64,000 bases of DNA. Source: Desulfuromonas sp. (GTDB lineage Bacteria; Desulfobacterota; Desulfuromonadia; Desulfuromonadales; BM515). Of this stretch, positions 36,604-46,714 are shown in pieces; positions within the stretch are counted from its first letter, which is position 1; the number at the start of each line of letters is the position of its first letter. The DNA lies in assembly GCA_002869635.1 (NCBI GenBank), contig PKUF01000121.1:26650-90649 (forward strand), given 5' to 3'. The position numbers were made by a program, and so were the translations under genes. The notes under the pieces are model-generated. The model made no database searches. It was not told the origin of the DNA and saw only the letters and a program-made list of their open reading frames with translations.

Positions 36604-37815
36604 TCAAAAGAGGATGTTCAGACGAACACGACCCCGGTAGTACTCATCCCAGAGTTCACTGTCCGTCCGCTCGACCTTGGCTTCCACCGACGTCGTCTTG
36701 TTGATCGAGGCGACCAGGTCGAGCCAGAGGCGACGGCTGGTGGTCTCATCATCTTCTTCAATACGACGTTCAAGGACGTCAAGGTGCATCCCCGCTCCGG
36801 CTCGGAACATGTCGTTCAGCTTCCAGGAACCATGCATCTTGACGCCGCGTAGCTCCTCCCCACCATCATCATCGCGATAAACTGCGCTGACATAACCGGC
36901 AAAACGGTCTGTGCGAATTTTCTCGAAGCCAAGCTCGTAAACTCTGGCGTTGTTGTACTCTTCGTACATCTCGAGAACGTAGCGCAGGAAGCCGCGAACT
37001 CCCCTGGCGATGTGCAGATCAAGTTGAGTAGAGAGTTCTTCGTATTTACTGACAGAAAAGACCGAGTAGATCGAGGTCGAGGAGAAGATCGGCAACGAGT
37101 AGAGGTACTCGGCCTGCAGCGACCAGTTGTGAGCCCGGTGATAACGGGCACCGGCAAGGCCATAGCTGACCGCCTCACTGAGCATGTCGTACTGCATCTC
37201 AGCATAAACGTTCAGCAACCGTTTGTAGTCGTAGTCAGCGGCAAAGCCGGCGAGTTCGTGGGTCAGCTCGCTCTCATCCCATTTTTGAACATAGGAGATG
37301 TCGAGCTCAAGGTCATCGATAAGGGAGGCGGAGACTTCAATACCATCGATAATGTCCTTGGCGTTGTAGCCTTCATAGTACGTGACATCCCCCCCTCCAA
37401 AAAGGGTCACACCGAAAGGCCCGAGCCCTTCGTAGACCAAATGGAGCCCGTCCATCAAAGAGGCCCCTGCCGCGGTCGCGACAAATTGCCGGCCTAGGCG
37501 AAGATCGAGACCGTCAACCACGCCCTTTTTCTCGAAATAGGCGTAGTAGAGTCGACTGTCAATCTTCTCTTCATTGTTGATGTCGTCTGCCAGACGTCCG
37601 TAACCACGGAAGTCGAGTCCTGCCTCGTCAATGTCGCGGACATTGACGAGCAAGTACTCATACCCCGGTACGGCCGTCTCGCCATCCGCCGTGTCAAACC
37701 ACTCGATCTCGGTACTCGACCGACCGGAAATCGACACCGCCAGAGCGCTGTCAACCGGCAAAAGAGCGAGCAGAACGACAGCGGCGAGCCCATACAGATG
37801 CTGCCATACCCTCAT
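36604..37815 (-). CDS. Porin-like outer-membrane beta-barrel protein of the porin-cytochrome cluster
   Basis: Signal peptide ..LLPVDSALA. Alternating amphipathic strands rich in Y/G/D. C-terminal ..RVRLNILF (terminal Phe). No Cys or haem motifs. Confidence 0.75.
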   Translation of the reverse strand: MRVWQHLYGLAAVVLLALLPVDSALAVSISGRSSTEIEWFDTADGETAVPGYEYLLVNVRDIDEAGLDFRGYGRLADDINNEEKIDSRLYYAYFEKKGVVDGLDLRLGRQFVATAAGASLMDGLHLVYEGLGPFGVTLFGGGDVTYYEGYNAKDIIDGIEVSASLIDDLELDISYVQKWDESELTHELAGFAADYDYKRLLNVYAEMQYDMLSEAVSYGLAGARYHRAHNWSLQAEYLYSLPIFSSTSIYSVFSVSKYEELSTQLDLHIARGVRGFLRYVLEMYEEYNNARVYELGFEKIRTDRFAGYVSAVYRDDDGGEELRGVKMHGSWKLNDMFRAGAGMHLDVLERRIEEDDETTSRRLWLDLVASINKTTSVEAKVERTDSELWDEYYRGRVRLNILF

Positions 37816-38185
37816 AATGCCTCCTTTTCACGTTGTGACAAACACCCCCCTATGGGATGCCTGCCGCATCCATGTCACCCCTGCGTCGCGGCAGTCGGCG
37901 CAAGCTAGAGCTTAAAATAAACTCACTCCAGTCTACGTGGGAATCATCCCGCGTCAACTGCAAGGACAAAAGTTAATGAGCATAAACGATGCCCAATAAT
38001 CACAAAAGGAATCAAGATCCAAAAACAGACATTTGAATCACATCGTGAGATTCGCCGACCTTTTTTACTCGGCAAAAAACAACTAAGAATGTCGTCTTTT
38101 GACGATTTTCACCTGCTGTGGGGAAAAATCACGGTAAAATGTAGTCACGGAAGAAAAACGAGGAGCCCCCAGAAAGGAGGAGACC

Positions 38186-38416
38186 ATGAACGAAATGGGA
38201 ACGATGGACACGGTCACGAGGCTGGTACGTTACTGCCATCAGGGCGAGGAATTCGCACAGCGTCTCTTCGACGAAGTGATTTCGCAGGGGATGCTCGACA
38301 TCAAGATGCCTGAAGGGATGATGCACCTCAGCCAAGAGGAGCACGACGAGTTTGTCGCCCGCTTCAGTGCCGAGGTCGGACCGACCCTCTGGATCTCGAA
38401 GCGGCGCAAGCACTGA
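38186..38416 (+). CDS. Small hypothetical protein (76 aa)
   Basis: AAAGGAGGAG RBS. No motif recognised. Confidence 0.45.
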   Translation: MNEMGTMDTVTRLVRYCHQGEEFAQRLFDEVISQGMLDIKMPEGMMHLSQEEHDEFVARFSAEVGPTLWISKRRKH

Positions 38417-38424
38417 GTTGGCTG

Positions 38425-39147
38425 CTACGCCAGCGGTTCGCCGAGACACTCGCCGAGAACGAATTCCTGAATACGGCGTTCATCATGGCGACAGAGGTCG
38501 AGGAACTCAATGCCAAGTCCGGGAGGGAGCGCAGGGTTGAACGGGCTCCCTTCCGCATTGATCCAGACGATCTTCCCTTTACAACAGACGGTTTTTTCTG
38601 CACCGGGCAGAAAAAACTCAAGGGTGATGATCGATTCGAGGGGGAGGGGAACACGGGTTTCAATAAAAAGCCCCCCGGCGCTAAGGTTAACGCTGTAGTC
38701 GTGGAGGGTTTTGCGCTCTTTGAGACCATAATGGACAAGCATGCGACTCTTGACCCGGGGCGTCGCACGGTCCGCAAGTTTGAGAAAACGACGCACAACC
38801 TCAAGCAGCAGGGATCGATTGAGAGGCTTCTGAATAATGTCGTCACAACCAGAGCCTCGACAGAGTTCAACCTCTTCAGGAGGGAGACCGTCGGTGATCA
38901 AAACCACCGGGGTCGTGAAAAGGGCAGGATCCTGCTTGATCTGACGACAACAGCTCGCTCCATCCAAACCCGGCATGAGGTGGTCCATCAACACCAGATG
39001 CTGGCGGGTGGCGCGCAGTATCTTCAAAGCTTCTTCACCGCTGGTCGCCGTCGTCACCTGCACCCGCTCACGATTGAGGAAAGAGCGTTCCATATCGAGA
39101 AAAAGTTTGACGTCATCAACGAGAAGTATTTTTTTCGGGATTTCCAT
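38425..39147 (-). CDS. Response regulator with C-terminal PilZ domain
   Basis: REC (ILLVDD, LVLMDHLMP, IQKP). PilZ motifs RATPR ... NLSAGG. Confidence 0.85.
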   Translation of the reverse strand: MEIPKKILLVDDVKLFLDMERSFLNRERVQVTTATSGEEALKILRATRQHLVLMDHLMPGLDGASCCRQIKQDPALFTTPVVLITDGLPPEEVELCRGSGCDDIIQKPLNRSLLLEVVRRFLKLADRATPRVKSRMLVHYGLKERKTLHDYSVNLSAGGLFIETRVPLPLESIITLEFFLPGAEKTVCCKGKIVWINAEGSPFNPALPPGLGIEFLDLCRHDERRIQEFVLGECLGEPLA

Positions 39148-39282
39148 TGGCAGGCCGTTTCAAACAGTCAAGGGGGCACCAAAACAAGAAGCAAGCATCA
39201 GGCCAGCTGAACTTTTTAACACACTAACCATTGTACGTAAAAAAGGGGGAGGCTGTCTCTACCTCTTGGAGCTCAAAAAACA

Positions 39283-39316
39283 AACGCCCCGATCCGCATA
39301 AAAGGATCGGGGCGTT
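39283..39316 (-). terminator. Rho-independent terminator of the DUF4350-like gene
   Basis: AACGCCCCGATCC / GGATCGGGGCGTT stem. On the minus strand it is followed by TTTGTTTTTTGAG. Confidence 0.75.
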
Positions 39317-39343
39317 CCGAATTCATAAAGAGAGAGAGGCGGA

Positions 39344-40105
39344 TTAAGGACGAGCGAGCCAGCTCCCGAGGTTACGCGCCAATTTCTGATTCGTCGCGTC
39401 GAGGAAGCGATTTTGGAAGATCGCATCATCGCCGAAAATCGCAAACTCACCAGCCCCTTGGGTCCCGTAGATAATGACCCCAAGAGATTGCATCGCGTCA
39501 CCTTCACCGAGCTTTTTGTCACCGTTAAGATCAACCCAGGAGCGCTCACCGCTGCGGGCCACGATGCGACTGTTCTCGGCACCACTAAGCAGCGCCCAGC
39601 CCCCGTAAAGCGAGAAACTTTGGAGCCCATCGGTGAGAGGACTCGCTTCAAGGTGAGTCACCTTGAAATTCAGGTCGTTCTCCTTAATCACCGCATCCTG
39701 CTCATGAATCACACCGTTGGAGTGAAAAACACCGAGTTTCCCCATCAGCGGCGAGTAAGTCGGCGCGATATGGAGCATCACTGCCAGTTTGCCTCCCGCT
39801 TCAACAAAAGCAAAGAGGTCCTTGAGTTCATCCGGTTTGTAGGGGAGAAAAGCACCGGATGTAATAACAGCATCAACCCCCGTAAGAGCTTCGGCATCAA
39901 GCGGGGTCGTCGCCAAACGCAGCTCGCATCCTTGCTCGTTCAGAATGGTCGCCAATTTGGAGAGGTCAAGCTCTCCCTCGCCGTCGACGCGAAAACGCTG
40001 GCCATGCCCTTGATCGACCAGTACCACCGCCGCGTCCGCAGCCGGTGTGAGCATCAGAGGGAAAAGCAGCAGAAACGCCAGTAGCAGTCGTTGTAAAATC
40101 ATCAT
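39344..40105 (-). CDS. Secreted DUF4350/GldG-like domain protein
   Basis: Signal peptide MMILQRLLLAFLLLFPLMLTPAADA. The family assignment is from general resemblance only. Confidence 0.5.
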   Translation of the reverse strand: MMILQRLLLAFLLLFPLMLTPAADAAVVLVDQGHGQRFRVDGEGELDLSKLATILNEQGCELRLATTPLDAEALTGVDAVITSGAFLPYKPDELKDLFAFVEAGGKLAVMLHIAPTYSPLMGKLGVFHSNGVIHEQDAVIKENDLNFKVTHLEASPLTDGLQSFSLYGGWALLSGAENSRIVARSGERSWVDLNGDKKLGEGDAMQSLGVIIYGTQGAGEFAIFGDDAIFQNRFLDATNQKLARNLGSWLARP

Positions 40106-40262
40106 CGGATAAGGACTCCTTACGAGAATAAGTAAACACATCAGCAACCCGTATTTCAGGATGGGACAAGTCTACTCCCCCCCTGCCGACAATTCAAGCC
40201 CATTTTGGTCATCTTTTCTCGCACCCTCAAAAGTCCCCCATTGCCCTCTCTTATCACGCCCG

Positions 40263-42785
40263 CTAACGCTCGCGACAAACACCGGGCGAGAGCGCCTCAA
40301 CCTGAGGCAACCGCCAGATCTCGGCGTTGTACTCGGCGATCGTCCGGTCGGTCGAGAAGAGGCCGCTAGCGGCGGTGTTGGCAATGCTCATCCGACTCCA
40401 GCGCTCCTCATCGCGGTATAGTTCAGCGGCGCGCTGCTGGGCAAGACGATAGCTGGTAAAGTCGGCCAGCGTCAGCCAGGGGTCAGCAGGGTTGGTCAGG
40501 GCGGCGAGAAGCGGCGCGAAGACCTCTGGTTCAAAGCGGTTGAAGTGGCCGCTTTCGATCAACGCCATCACCCGTCCCAGCTCAGGGTCGGCATCGATAA
40601 AAGTCTGGGGATCGTAATGATGCCGAATCTCGGCGACCTCGGCAGCGTCCAGCCCGAAGAGGATGAAGTTCTCCTCCCCCACCTCCTGGCGGATCTCGAT
40701 ATTCGCCCCGTCAAGGGTGCCGATGGTCAGCGCCCCATTCATCATAAACTTCATGTTCCCGGTACCCGACGCCTCTTTGCCGGCAGTGGAGATCTGCTCC
40801 GAAAGATCAGCAGCGGGACAGATCGCCTCCATCGCTGTCACCCGATAATTGGGAAAGAAGATCAGGCTCAGCCTCCCTTGCATCTCGGGATCACGGTTGA
40901 TCACCGTCGCAACGTTACTGATCAGTTTGATGATCCGCTTCGCCATGGCATAGCCAGGAGCGGCCTTACCGCCGATCAGGACCATACGCGGGGTCCAGTC
41001 GGCGGTGTCACCTCTTTTGATCCGATCATAAAGATGTATCACATGCAGCAGGTTGAGCAGCTGCCGTTTGTACTCGTGAATCCGCTTGACCTGAATATCG
41101 AAAAGGGCCGTGGGATCGACCTCAACCCCACAGTCGCTGGCAATCAGTTCAGCAAGCTGCACCTTGTTGCGATGCTTGACCTCACGCCAGTGGCGGCGAA
41201 ATTCTGGATCATCCGCCAGCGGCGCGATTTTGCGCAGTTCGGAGAGATCTCGTAACCACCCCTCACCAATCCGCTCTCGGAGCAGACGGGTAAGTCCGGG
41301 ATTCGACCAGGCAAGCCAGCGCCGAGGAGTCACCCCGTTGGTCTTGTTGTTGAATTTATGGGGCCACAGCGCGTAGAAATCGGCGAAGAGCCCCTCGATC
41401 AGGAGTTGAGAGTGGAGCGCTGCCACCCCGTTAACCGAGAAGCTACCAACAATAGCAAGGTAAGCCATGCGAACCATCGGCTCATCTCCCTCCTCGATGA
41501 GCGACATTTTCTGCAGATGCGCGGTATCACCAGGCCAGCGCTGCGCCACCTCGGCGAGGAAGCGGGCATTGATCTCGTAGATGATATCGAGCAGGCGCGG
41601 CAAAAGCTGGCGGAAGAGGCGCACTGGCCACTTCTCAAGCGCCTCAGGGAGAAGGGTGTGATTGGTGTAGGCCATGCACGAGGTGGTGATCTCCCACGCC
41701 TCGTCCCAGCCAAGGCCCTGTTCATCGACCAGCAGGCGCATCAGTTCAGCGACGGCGATGCTCGGGTGGGTATCATTAAGCTGAAAGCAGTTTTTCTCGG
41801 CGAAGCGGGAGAAGTCGCGCCCGTGAGTACCGCACCAGCGACCGAGGACATCCTGCAGACTTGCCGAAGCGAGGAAGTACTGCTGCCTCAGCCGCAACTC
41901 CTTGCCGTTCTCGCTGGCGTCATTGGGGTAGAGGACCATCGTGATATGCTCGGCGGCGTTCTTCGCCGCCACCGACTCGGCATAATCCCCGGCGTTGAAC
42001 TCGTGCAGGTTGAATTCGTCGGTCGCTGCCGCTTTCCAAAGACGCAGGGTGTTGACCGTACCGTTGCGATACCCCGGCACCGGCAGATCGTAGGGAACAG
42101 CGAGGACATCGTGGGTCTTGACCCAGCGCACCCCGAGCTCACCGGAGGGGCCGCGATAGAACTCACTGTGACCACCGAAGTGAACCCGCTGGGTGTACTC
42201 GGGACGCTCCAACTCCCAGGGATTGCCAGGGCGCAGCCAGTGATCCGGCACCTCAATCTGCTCGCCGTCGGCTATATCCTGACGAAACATCCCATATTCA
42301 TAGCGCAGTCCGTAGCCGGTCACCGGCAGCTGCAAAGTGGCACAGCTGTCGAGAAAACAGGCGGCAAGTCGCCCCAATCCACCGTTGCCAAGGCCAGCGT
42401 CGTTCTCACTTTCAGCGAGTTCTTCGAGCTCGAGTCCGAGACCATGCAACCCCTCGGCGATCGGCTGCTGCAGATCGAGGTTGAGCATAGCGTTACCAAG
42501 GGAGCGACCGATGAGGAACTCAAGAGAGAGGTAGTAGGCGTTGCGACAGTCCTGCTCCTGATAGGCGTAGCGGGTCGCCTTCCAGCGCTCCATCAGCCGG
42601 TCACGCAGCGCCAGCACCAACGCTTGGTAGGCAAAGCGCGCCGAGCGACAGTGGCGGTCACGCCCAAGGTGGCACGCGTAATAGCGACGAAAATCGGCGG
42701 CGAGGCTCGCCTCATCCATCCCCAGAGCCGGGCTCTGGGTCAGTTCGGGCTGGGGTGTGCTCCGTTTCAGCGAGATATCGAACAT
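40263..42785 (-). CDS. glgP: Glycogen/maltodextrin phosphorylase
   Basis: EASGTGNMKFMMNGALTIGTLDGANIEI (PLP-Lys region). Full length. ATG at 42785 with GGAGG upstream. Confidence 0.95.
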   Translation of the reverse strand: MFDISLKRSTPQPELTQSPALGMDEASLAADFRRYYACHLGRDRHCRSARFAYQALVLALRDRLMERWKATRYAYQEQDCRNAYYLSLEFLIGRSLGNAMLNLDLQQPIAEGLHGLGLELEELAESENDAGLGNGGLGRLAACFLDSCATLQLPVTGYGLRYEYGMFRQDIADGEQIEVPDHWLRPGNPWELERPEYTQRVHFGGHSEFYRGPSGELGVRWVKTHDVLAVPYDLPVPGYRNGTVNTLRLWKAAATDEFNLHEFNAGDYAESVAAKNAAEHITMVLYPNDASENGKELRLRQQYFLASASLQDVLGRWCGTHGRDFSRFAEKNCFQLNDTHPSIAVAELMRLLVDEQGLGWDEAWEITTSCMAYTNHTLLPEALEKWPVRLFRQLLPRLLDIIYEINARFLAEVAQRWPGDTAHLQKMSLIEEGDEPMVRMAYLAIVGSFSVNGVAALHSQLLIEGLFADFYALWPHKFNNKTNGVTPRRWLAWSNPGLTRLLRERIGEGWLRDLSELRKIAPLADDPEFRRHWREVKHRNKVQLAELIASDCGVEVDPTALFDIQVKRIHEYKRQLLNLLHVIHLYDRIKRGDTADWTPRMVLIGGKAAPGYAMAKRIIKLISNVATVINRDPEMQGRLSLIFFPNYRVTAMEAICPAADLSEQISTAGKEASGTGNMKFMMNGALTIGTLDGANIEIRQEVGEENFILFGLDAAEVAEIRHHYDPQTFIDADPELGRVMALIESGHFNRFEPEVFAPLLAALTNPADPWLTLADFTSYRLAQQRAAELYRDEERWSRMSIANTAASGLFSTDRTIAEYNAEIWRLPQVEALSPGVCRER

Positions 42786-42858
42786 ACGAAAAACCTCCGA
42801 CAACAAAAGAGAACCGCTCCCCCCCTTATAACAGCGACACGACGAAAAGCAAACAGCG

Positions 42859-44448
42859 CTAGAGCAGAAGCAGCACCAGGTTCAGCAGGCCGATACCGAA
42901 CCCGAGCAACGCCCCGAAGAGGTTGATGTAACGAAACTGCTCTTTCATGATCCCCATGAGCAGATCCTCGACCTGCAACAGATCGAGGCCATTCACCTTC
43001 TCTTCGACGATCTTCTGCACGTTAAGCGCCTCGACCAGCGGCGGTACTTCTTTCTTCAAAATCTCGGTCAGCTGACGGTAGAGGCCCTCTTCTAGTTCCT
43101 CGCGCAAGTCAGCCGGGAGACGCGCCGAGAGGCGCCCGAGCGGTTTGAGCTGCAGCCATTGATTGATCTGCCCGGCGATGAGTTCCTCCACCGCGCTGCG
43201 CATCCGTGGATCGCGCAGCAACGTCAGTGCCAGCTCCTTGAGCTGCTGCTGCAACCGTTCGAACCCGCCTTGCGGCAAGGCGCTCTCAAGCAACGAAGCG
43301 AAAGAGCGGTCCTTGAGGCGATCAACCAACGTCTCAAGGACCGCCATCAGCGATTGCGCCGTACGCGGACTGCGCATCGTCTCAATCAGCCGCACGCGGA
43401 CGAAACGCCGCACCCCGGCAACCTTGTCGTAAGAGAGGTTCTGGACATAGCTGTTCACCGGCCGATCGAGGAAACCATCGAGCCGCTCGCGCAGCATGGT
43501 CGCCACCTGAGACTGGGTCTTCTCTTCGCGCAGCCAGCGGGCAATCTCGTCACCGGCCTGATCAAGGAACTCGGGGATGCGATCGTAAATCTTGTCGAGG
43601 TTGATAAAACCGGCGAGGAGCCCGGAGAGACCACCGAGGGAGTCGAGGAAGCTCTCGACTCCCTGCTTGCCTTTCTCGACCAATCGCGCCCGAAAGGCCG
43701 GGTCGTACATCATCCCACCAAACTTCTCGAGCAGCGGCGGGATCTCCTTGTCGATCTGAGCCAGCAGCAGCTCGATCAGATCATCAGGGAGGAGCTCACG
43801 CAGGCTCTTGGGAGAGTTAAGAATCTGTTCACTCTTAGCGTCGATGAAGGCACCGACCTCGCGTTCCAACGCCGGCGACTGAAGCAGGGCGACGATCCGC
43901 GCATCGACATGACTGCGCAGACGCTGGTAGCGCTCAGGGGTAAGAAAACTCTCGAGGTCGCGCGACAGGAGCGCCTCCCCCTGACGCTGCAGGTACCCTT
44001 CAAGTTTGTCGGCGAAGGCGTCGCTGTCGAGGTAGGCGTAGATCGATTTAAGGAGCTTCCAGCGCAGCAACTCGCTCAGTTCGCGGAAGCGCTGACGAAA
44101 CTCTTCCGGAACCAGCGACTCAAGGGGGCCAAGATCACGATCGAGGAACTGGCCAAGCTTCTCGCTCACCGCCCCTTTGAACTCACGGCGGAAACGCTCT
44201 GAAGTCAGGGTACGCCCGACATCCTCGGCGGTGAGGAGGTGGCTACCGACCATATCCCCCATACGCGCCGCCAACTCTCCCCGTTTAGAGGGGATAATCC
44301 CCGGAGTCAGCGGCACCCTCAGACCGAAGATCCGCCACGGCCGCAAAGGGCGAAAGAGCATACGGATGGCGATGTGATTGGTAACGTAGCCGATAAATCC
44401 GCCCAGCAGCGGCGGGAGGATATACGTCAATGACGGCGGCAGAGGCAT
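42859..44448 (-). CDS. DUF445-family membrane protein
   Basis: N-terminal GGFIGYVTNHIAIRMLFRP..GIIP motif and a C-terminal TM helix, typical of DUF445. Confidence 0.65.
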   Translation of the reverse strand: MPLPPSLTYILPPLLGGFIGYVTNHIAIRMLFRPLRPWRIFGLRVPLTPGIIPSKRGELAARMGDMVGSHLLTAEDVGRTLTSERFRREFKGAVSEKLGQFLDRDLGPLESLVPEEFRQRFRELSELLRWKLLKSIYAYLDSDAFADKLEGYLQRQGEALLSRDLESFLTPERYQRLRSHVDARIVALLQSPALEREVGAFIDAKSEQILNSPKSLRELLPDDLIELLLAQIDKEIPPLLEKFGGMMYDPAFRARLVEKGKQGVESFLDSLGGLSGLLAGFINLDKIYDRIPEFLDQAGDEIARWLREEKTQSQVATMLRERLDGFLDRPVNSYVQNLSYDKVAGVRRFVRVRLIETMRSPRTAQSLMAVLETLVDRLKDRSFASLLESALPQGGFERLQQQLKELALTLLRDPRMRSAVEELIAGQINQWLQLKPLGRLSARLPADLREELEEGLYRQLTEILKKEVPPLVEALNVQKIVEEKVNGLDLLQVEDLLMGIMKEQFRYINLFGALLGFGIGLLNLVLLLL

Positions 44449-44511
44449 GGGCAGACTCCTGAAACGGATGGAACAGCAAAACGGGGAGGCATCATAGCCC
44501 CTTTGCGCCGG

Positions 44512-44913
44512 TCAGACAAGCGGCCCCTCCTCAAAGAGGACCACCAGATAGCCGTCGGGGTCGTGCAACCAGAGCTCACGCCGATCGTGCTCGGTATCAT
44601 CAAGCTCATAAAGGATACGCACCCCTGCCCGCTCGCAGCGGCTTGTCCGCCGCGCCAGATCGGTCACCGGCAGCTCAAACATCAACCCGTTGCCGCGGGG
44701 GTGACGATCAAGCGCGTCAAAATGGGCCGGATGACGCTGGCGCAACGTCGCCTCGTCACGAAAGAGGACCACGGCGTCACCGCAGCGCAACCAGAGCAGC
44801 ATAGGAAATCCGCCCCCCGGCGCCCCTTCTTCCAGGGGCAGACCGAGCAGGTCACCGTAAAATCCGGCGGTTGCCTCAAGGTCGGCAACAGCCAATGTCA
44901 ACGTCAGAGTCAC
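44512..44913 (-). CDS. VOC/glyoxalase-family protein
   Basis: ..V.DLEATAGFYGDLLGL.. and ..LWLHDPDGYLVVL.. motifs. GTG start at 44913 with GAGGAG 7 nt upstream. Confidence 0.6.
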   Translation of the reverse strand: MTLTLTLAVADLEATAGFYGDLLGLPLEEGAPGGGFPMLLWLRCGDAVVLFRDEATLRQRHPAHFDALDRHPRGNGLMFELPVTDLARRTSRCERAGVRILYELDDTEHDRRELWLHDPDGYLVVLFEEGPLV

Positions 44914-44990
44914 CTTTGTTCTCCTCACATTTATTTGATTCCCCGCCGCGCTGCATGTATAGTTGCGGCCTACGGAGGGCTTTTGAAGCA

Positions 44991-45557
44991 ATGAACGACG
45001 ACCGAAAAAAGATCGCCCAAGAACTGAATCTTCTCGAGCAGGCGATACGCGAGCTCGAGATCACCTACGAGCAATATTTTGCCGGGGTCGAAAAACGCGA
45101 ACCGGTCAAAGATCGCGAAAAGGTGGCGCGGATGTCGCGCCTCTTTGCCAACCGCCGCATTATGCAGACCGACCTGCGTTTTCGCTACCAGAACCTCGCC
45201 ACCCGCTTTCACAGCTACAGCGGCTACTGGGACCGTATCCTCCGCCTCATGGACGAGGGGCGCTACCACCGCCAGAAGGGTTCGATGCCGGCGCCCCCCA
45301 AATCGCCACCACTGGGGAGGAATAGCGAAACGGGTCGCAGCGAGCGGCCGAGTGAAGCCGACGCCCTCTACCAGCAACTGCAGGAGGCCCGCCGCGCCTG
45401 CAACATGAACGGTAGCGGACCCGACCGCACTCAAGTCGCCTCCTTCCTCGAACAGCAGAAGAGCAAGATTCGCGAGAAGTTCGGTGACCGCGAGGTCGAA
45501 TTTCGTGTCGTGCTCGAAAACAACCAACCCAAAATCAGGGTTCGTCCCAAAGGGTAG
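44991..45557 (+). CDS. Hypothetical protein (188 aa)
   Basis: ATG at 44991 with GGAGGG upstream. Helical and charged. No motif recognised. Confidence 0.5.
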   Translation: MNDDRKKIAQELNLLEQAIRELEITYEQYFAGVEKREPVKDREKVARMSRLFANRRIMQTDLRFRYQNLATRFHSYSGYWDRILRLMDEGRYHRQKGSMPAPPKSPPLGRNSETGRSERPSEADALYQQLQEARRACNMNGSGPDRTQVASFLEQQKSKIREKFGDREVEFRVVLENNQPKIRVRPKG

Positions 45558-45562
45558 AAGAG

Positions 45563-46714
45563 ATGACGGCCATCCCCCCCGCAGAAAGAAAATCGGCGCT
45601 GGTGCTTGCCGGCGGCGGGATCATGGGGGCCGCCTACGAGATCGGCTGTCTAAGCGCCCTTGATCGTCTCTTTTCCCCCGGCTTTTCCTGTCGCCACTTC
45701 GACATGTACGTCGGGGTCAGCGCTGGCTCAATCATCGCTGCGCTGGTCGCCAGCCGCCTCGCGCCTACCGCCCTCTTCAAAGCGATCATCAACGACGAAC
45801 ACACTGCCTTTAACTGGCACCGCTCTGACATCTACAAACTCGACCTCTCCGAAGTCGCCGCCGGCATCCTGCGCCTGCTGCGCAATACCTGGCCGATCAT
45901 TCAGGCCCATCGGCGCAACCACTGGTCCTTCTCCATCGCCGATCTCTTCTCGATCATTCAGGAGCAGTTCCCGGCGGGACTCTTCTCTCTCACCCCGATG
46001 GAGGAATACCTTCGCCGCACCTTCGCCGCCGAAGGGTTGAGCACCGACTTTACGCGACTCCATACCGAACTCTACATCCCCGCCTACGACCTCGATCTCG
46101 GCCGCCGCGTCGTCTTCGGGGCCGAACCGTTTCGGGATGTCAATATCTGTCAGGCGATCACCGCCTCCTGCGCCATCCCCTACTTCTTTCGCCCCCATCA
46201 GGTCAAGGAGGGATATTACATTGACGGTTCTTACGGTCGGGTCTCGCATATCGACATCGCCATCGAGCAGGGAGCGAAGCTGATTGTCTTGGTCAACCCG
46301 CGGGTGCCGATGGAGAACGACCGCGAGCGCTTCTGCATGCCGACCCTCTCCTTCGGCCAGTGTTCCTCCATCGCCGAGCTCGGCATCACCCACGCCTGGG
46401 AGCAGTCGATGCGGATCGAGACCAAAGAGAAACTCGAGATGGCGGTTCAATTCTACCGCCGCCAACGCCCTGATGTCGACATCGTCATTCTCGAACCAGG
46501 GCGGGAGGAGTCGCTCCTTTTCTTCCTCAGTCCAATGAGCAACGCCAGTCGCAATCATGTCATGAGTTATGGCTATCAGCTCACCATCGGCCAACTGCGC
46601 GAGCGCTATAACGAACTGGCGCCAATCTTTGCCCGCCATGGCATTCTCACCCGCGATGATCGCCTCTTCGCTCCGGCACCGGGGACAGATGGGGCACCGG
46701 AGGAGCGACGATGA
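45563..46714 (+). CDS. Patatin-like phospholipase
   Basis: Oxyanion GGGIMG. Nucleophile elbow GVSAG. Catalytic Asp in IDGS. Confidence 0.85.
   Translation: MTAIPPAERKSALVLAGGGIMGAAYEIGCLSALDRLFSPGFSCRHFDMYVGVSAGSIIAALVASRLAPTALFKAIINDEHTAFNWHRSDIYKLDLSEVAAGILRLLRNTWPIIQAHRRNHWSFSIADLFSIIQEQFPAGLFSLTPMEEYLRRTFAAEGLSTDFTRLHTELYIPAYDLDLGRRVVFGAEPFRDVNICQAITASCAIPYFFRPHQVKEGYYIDGSYGRVSHIDIAIEQGAKLIVLVNPRVPMENDRERFCMPTLSFGQCSSIAELGITHAWEQSMRIETKEKLEMAVQFYRRQRPDVDIVILEPGREESLLFFLSPMSNASRNHVMSYGYQLTIGQLRERYNELAPIFARHGILTRDDRLFAPAPGTDGAPEERR

Noticed and set aside
37857-37872. Sigma-54 promoter-like TGGATG-N-GGCAT on the minus strand upstream of the porin-cytochrome cluster
   Set aside because: The GG-to-GC spacing is one base short of the canonical -24/-12 geometry, and the -12 element is not TTGC.
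41358-42926. 522-aa plus-strand ORF antisense to glgP; similar antisense ORFs at 40545-41255 and 43159-44202
   Set aside because: Shadow ORFs opposite strongly supported genes (glycogen phosphorylase and the DUF445 protein). No motifs, and composition typical of antisense GC3-rich frames.
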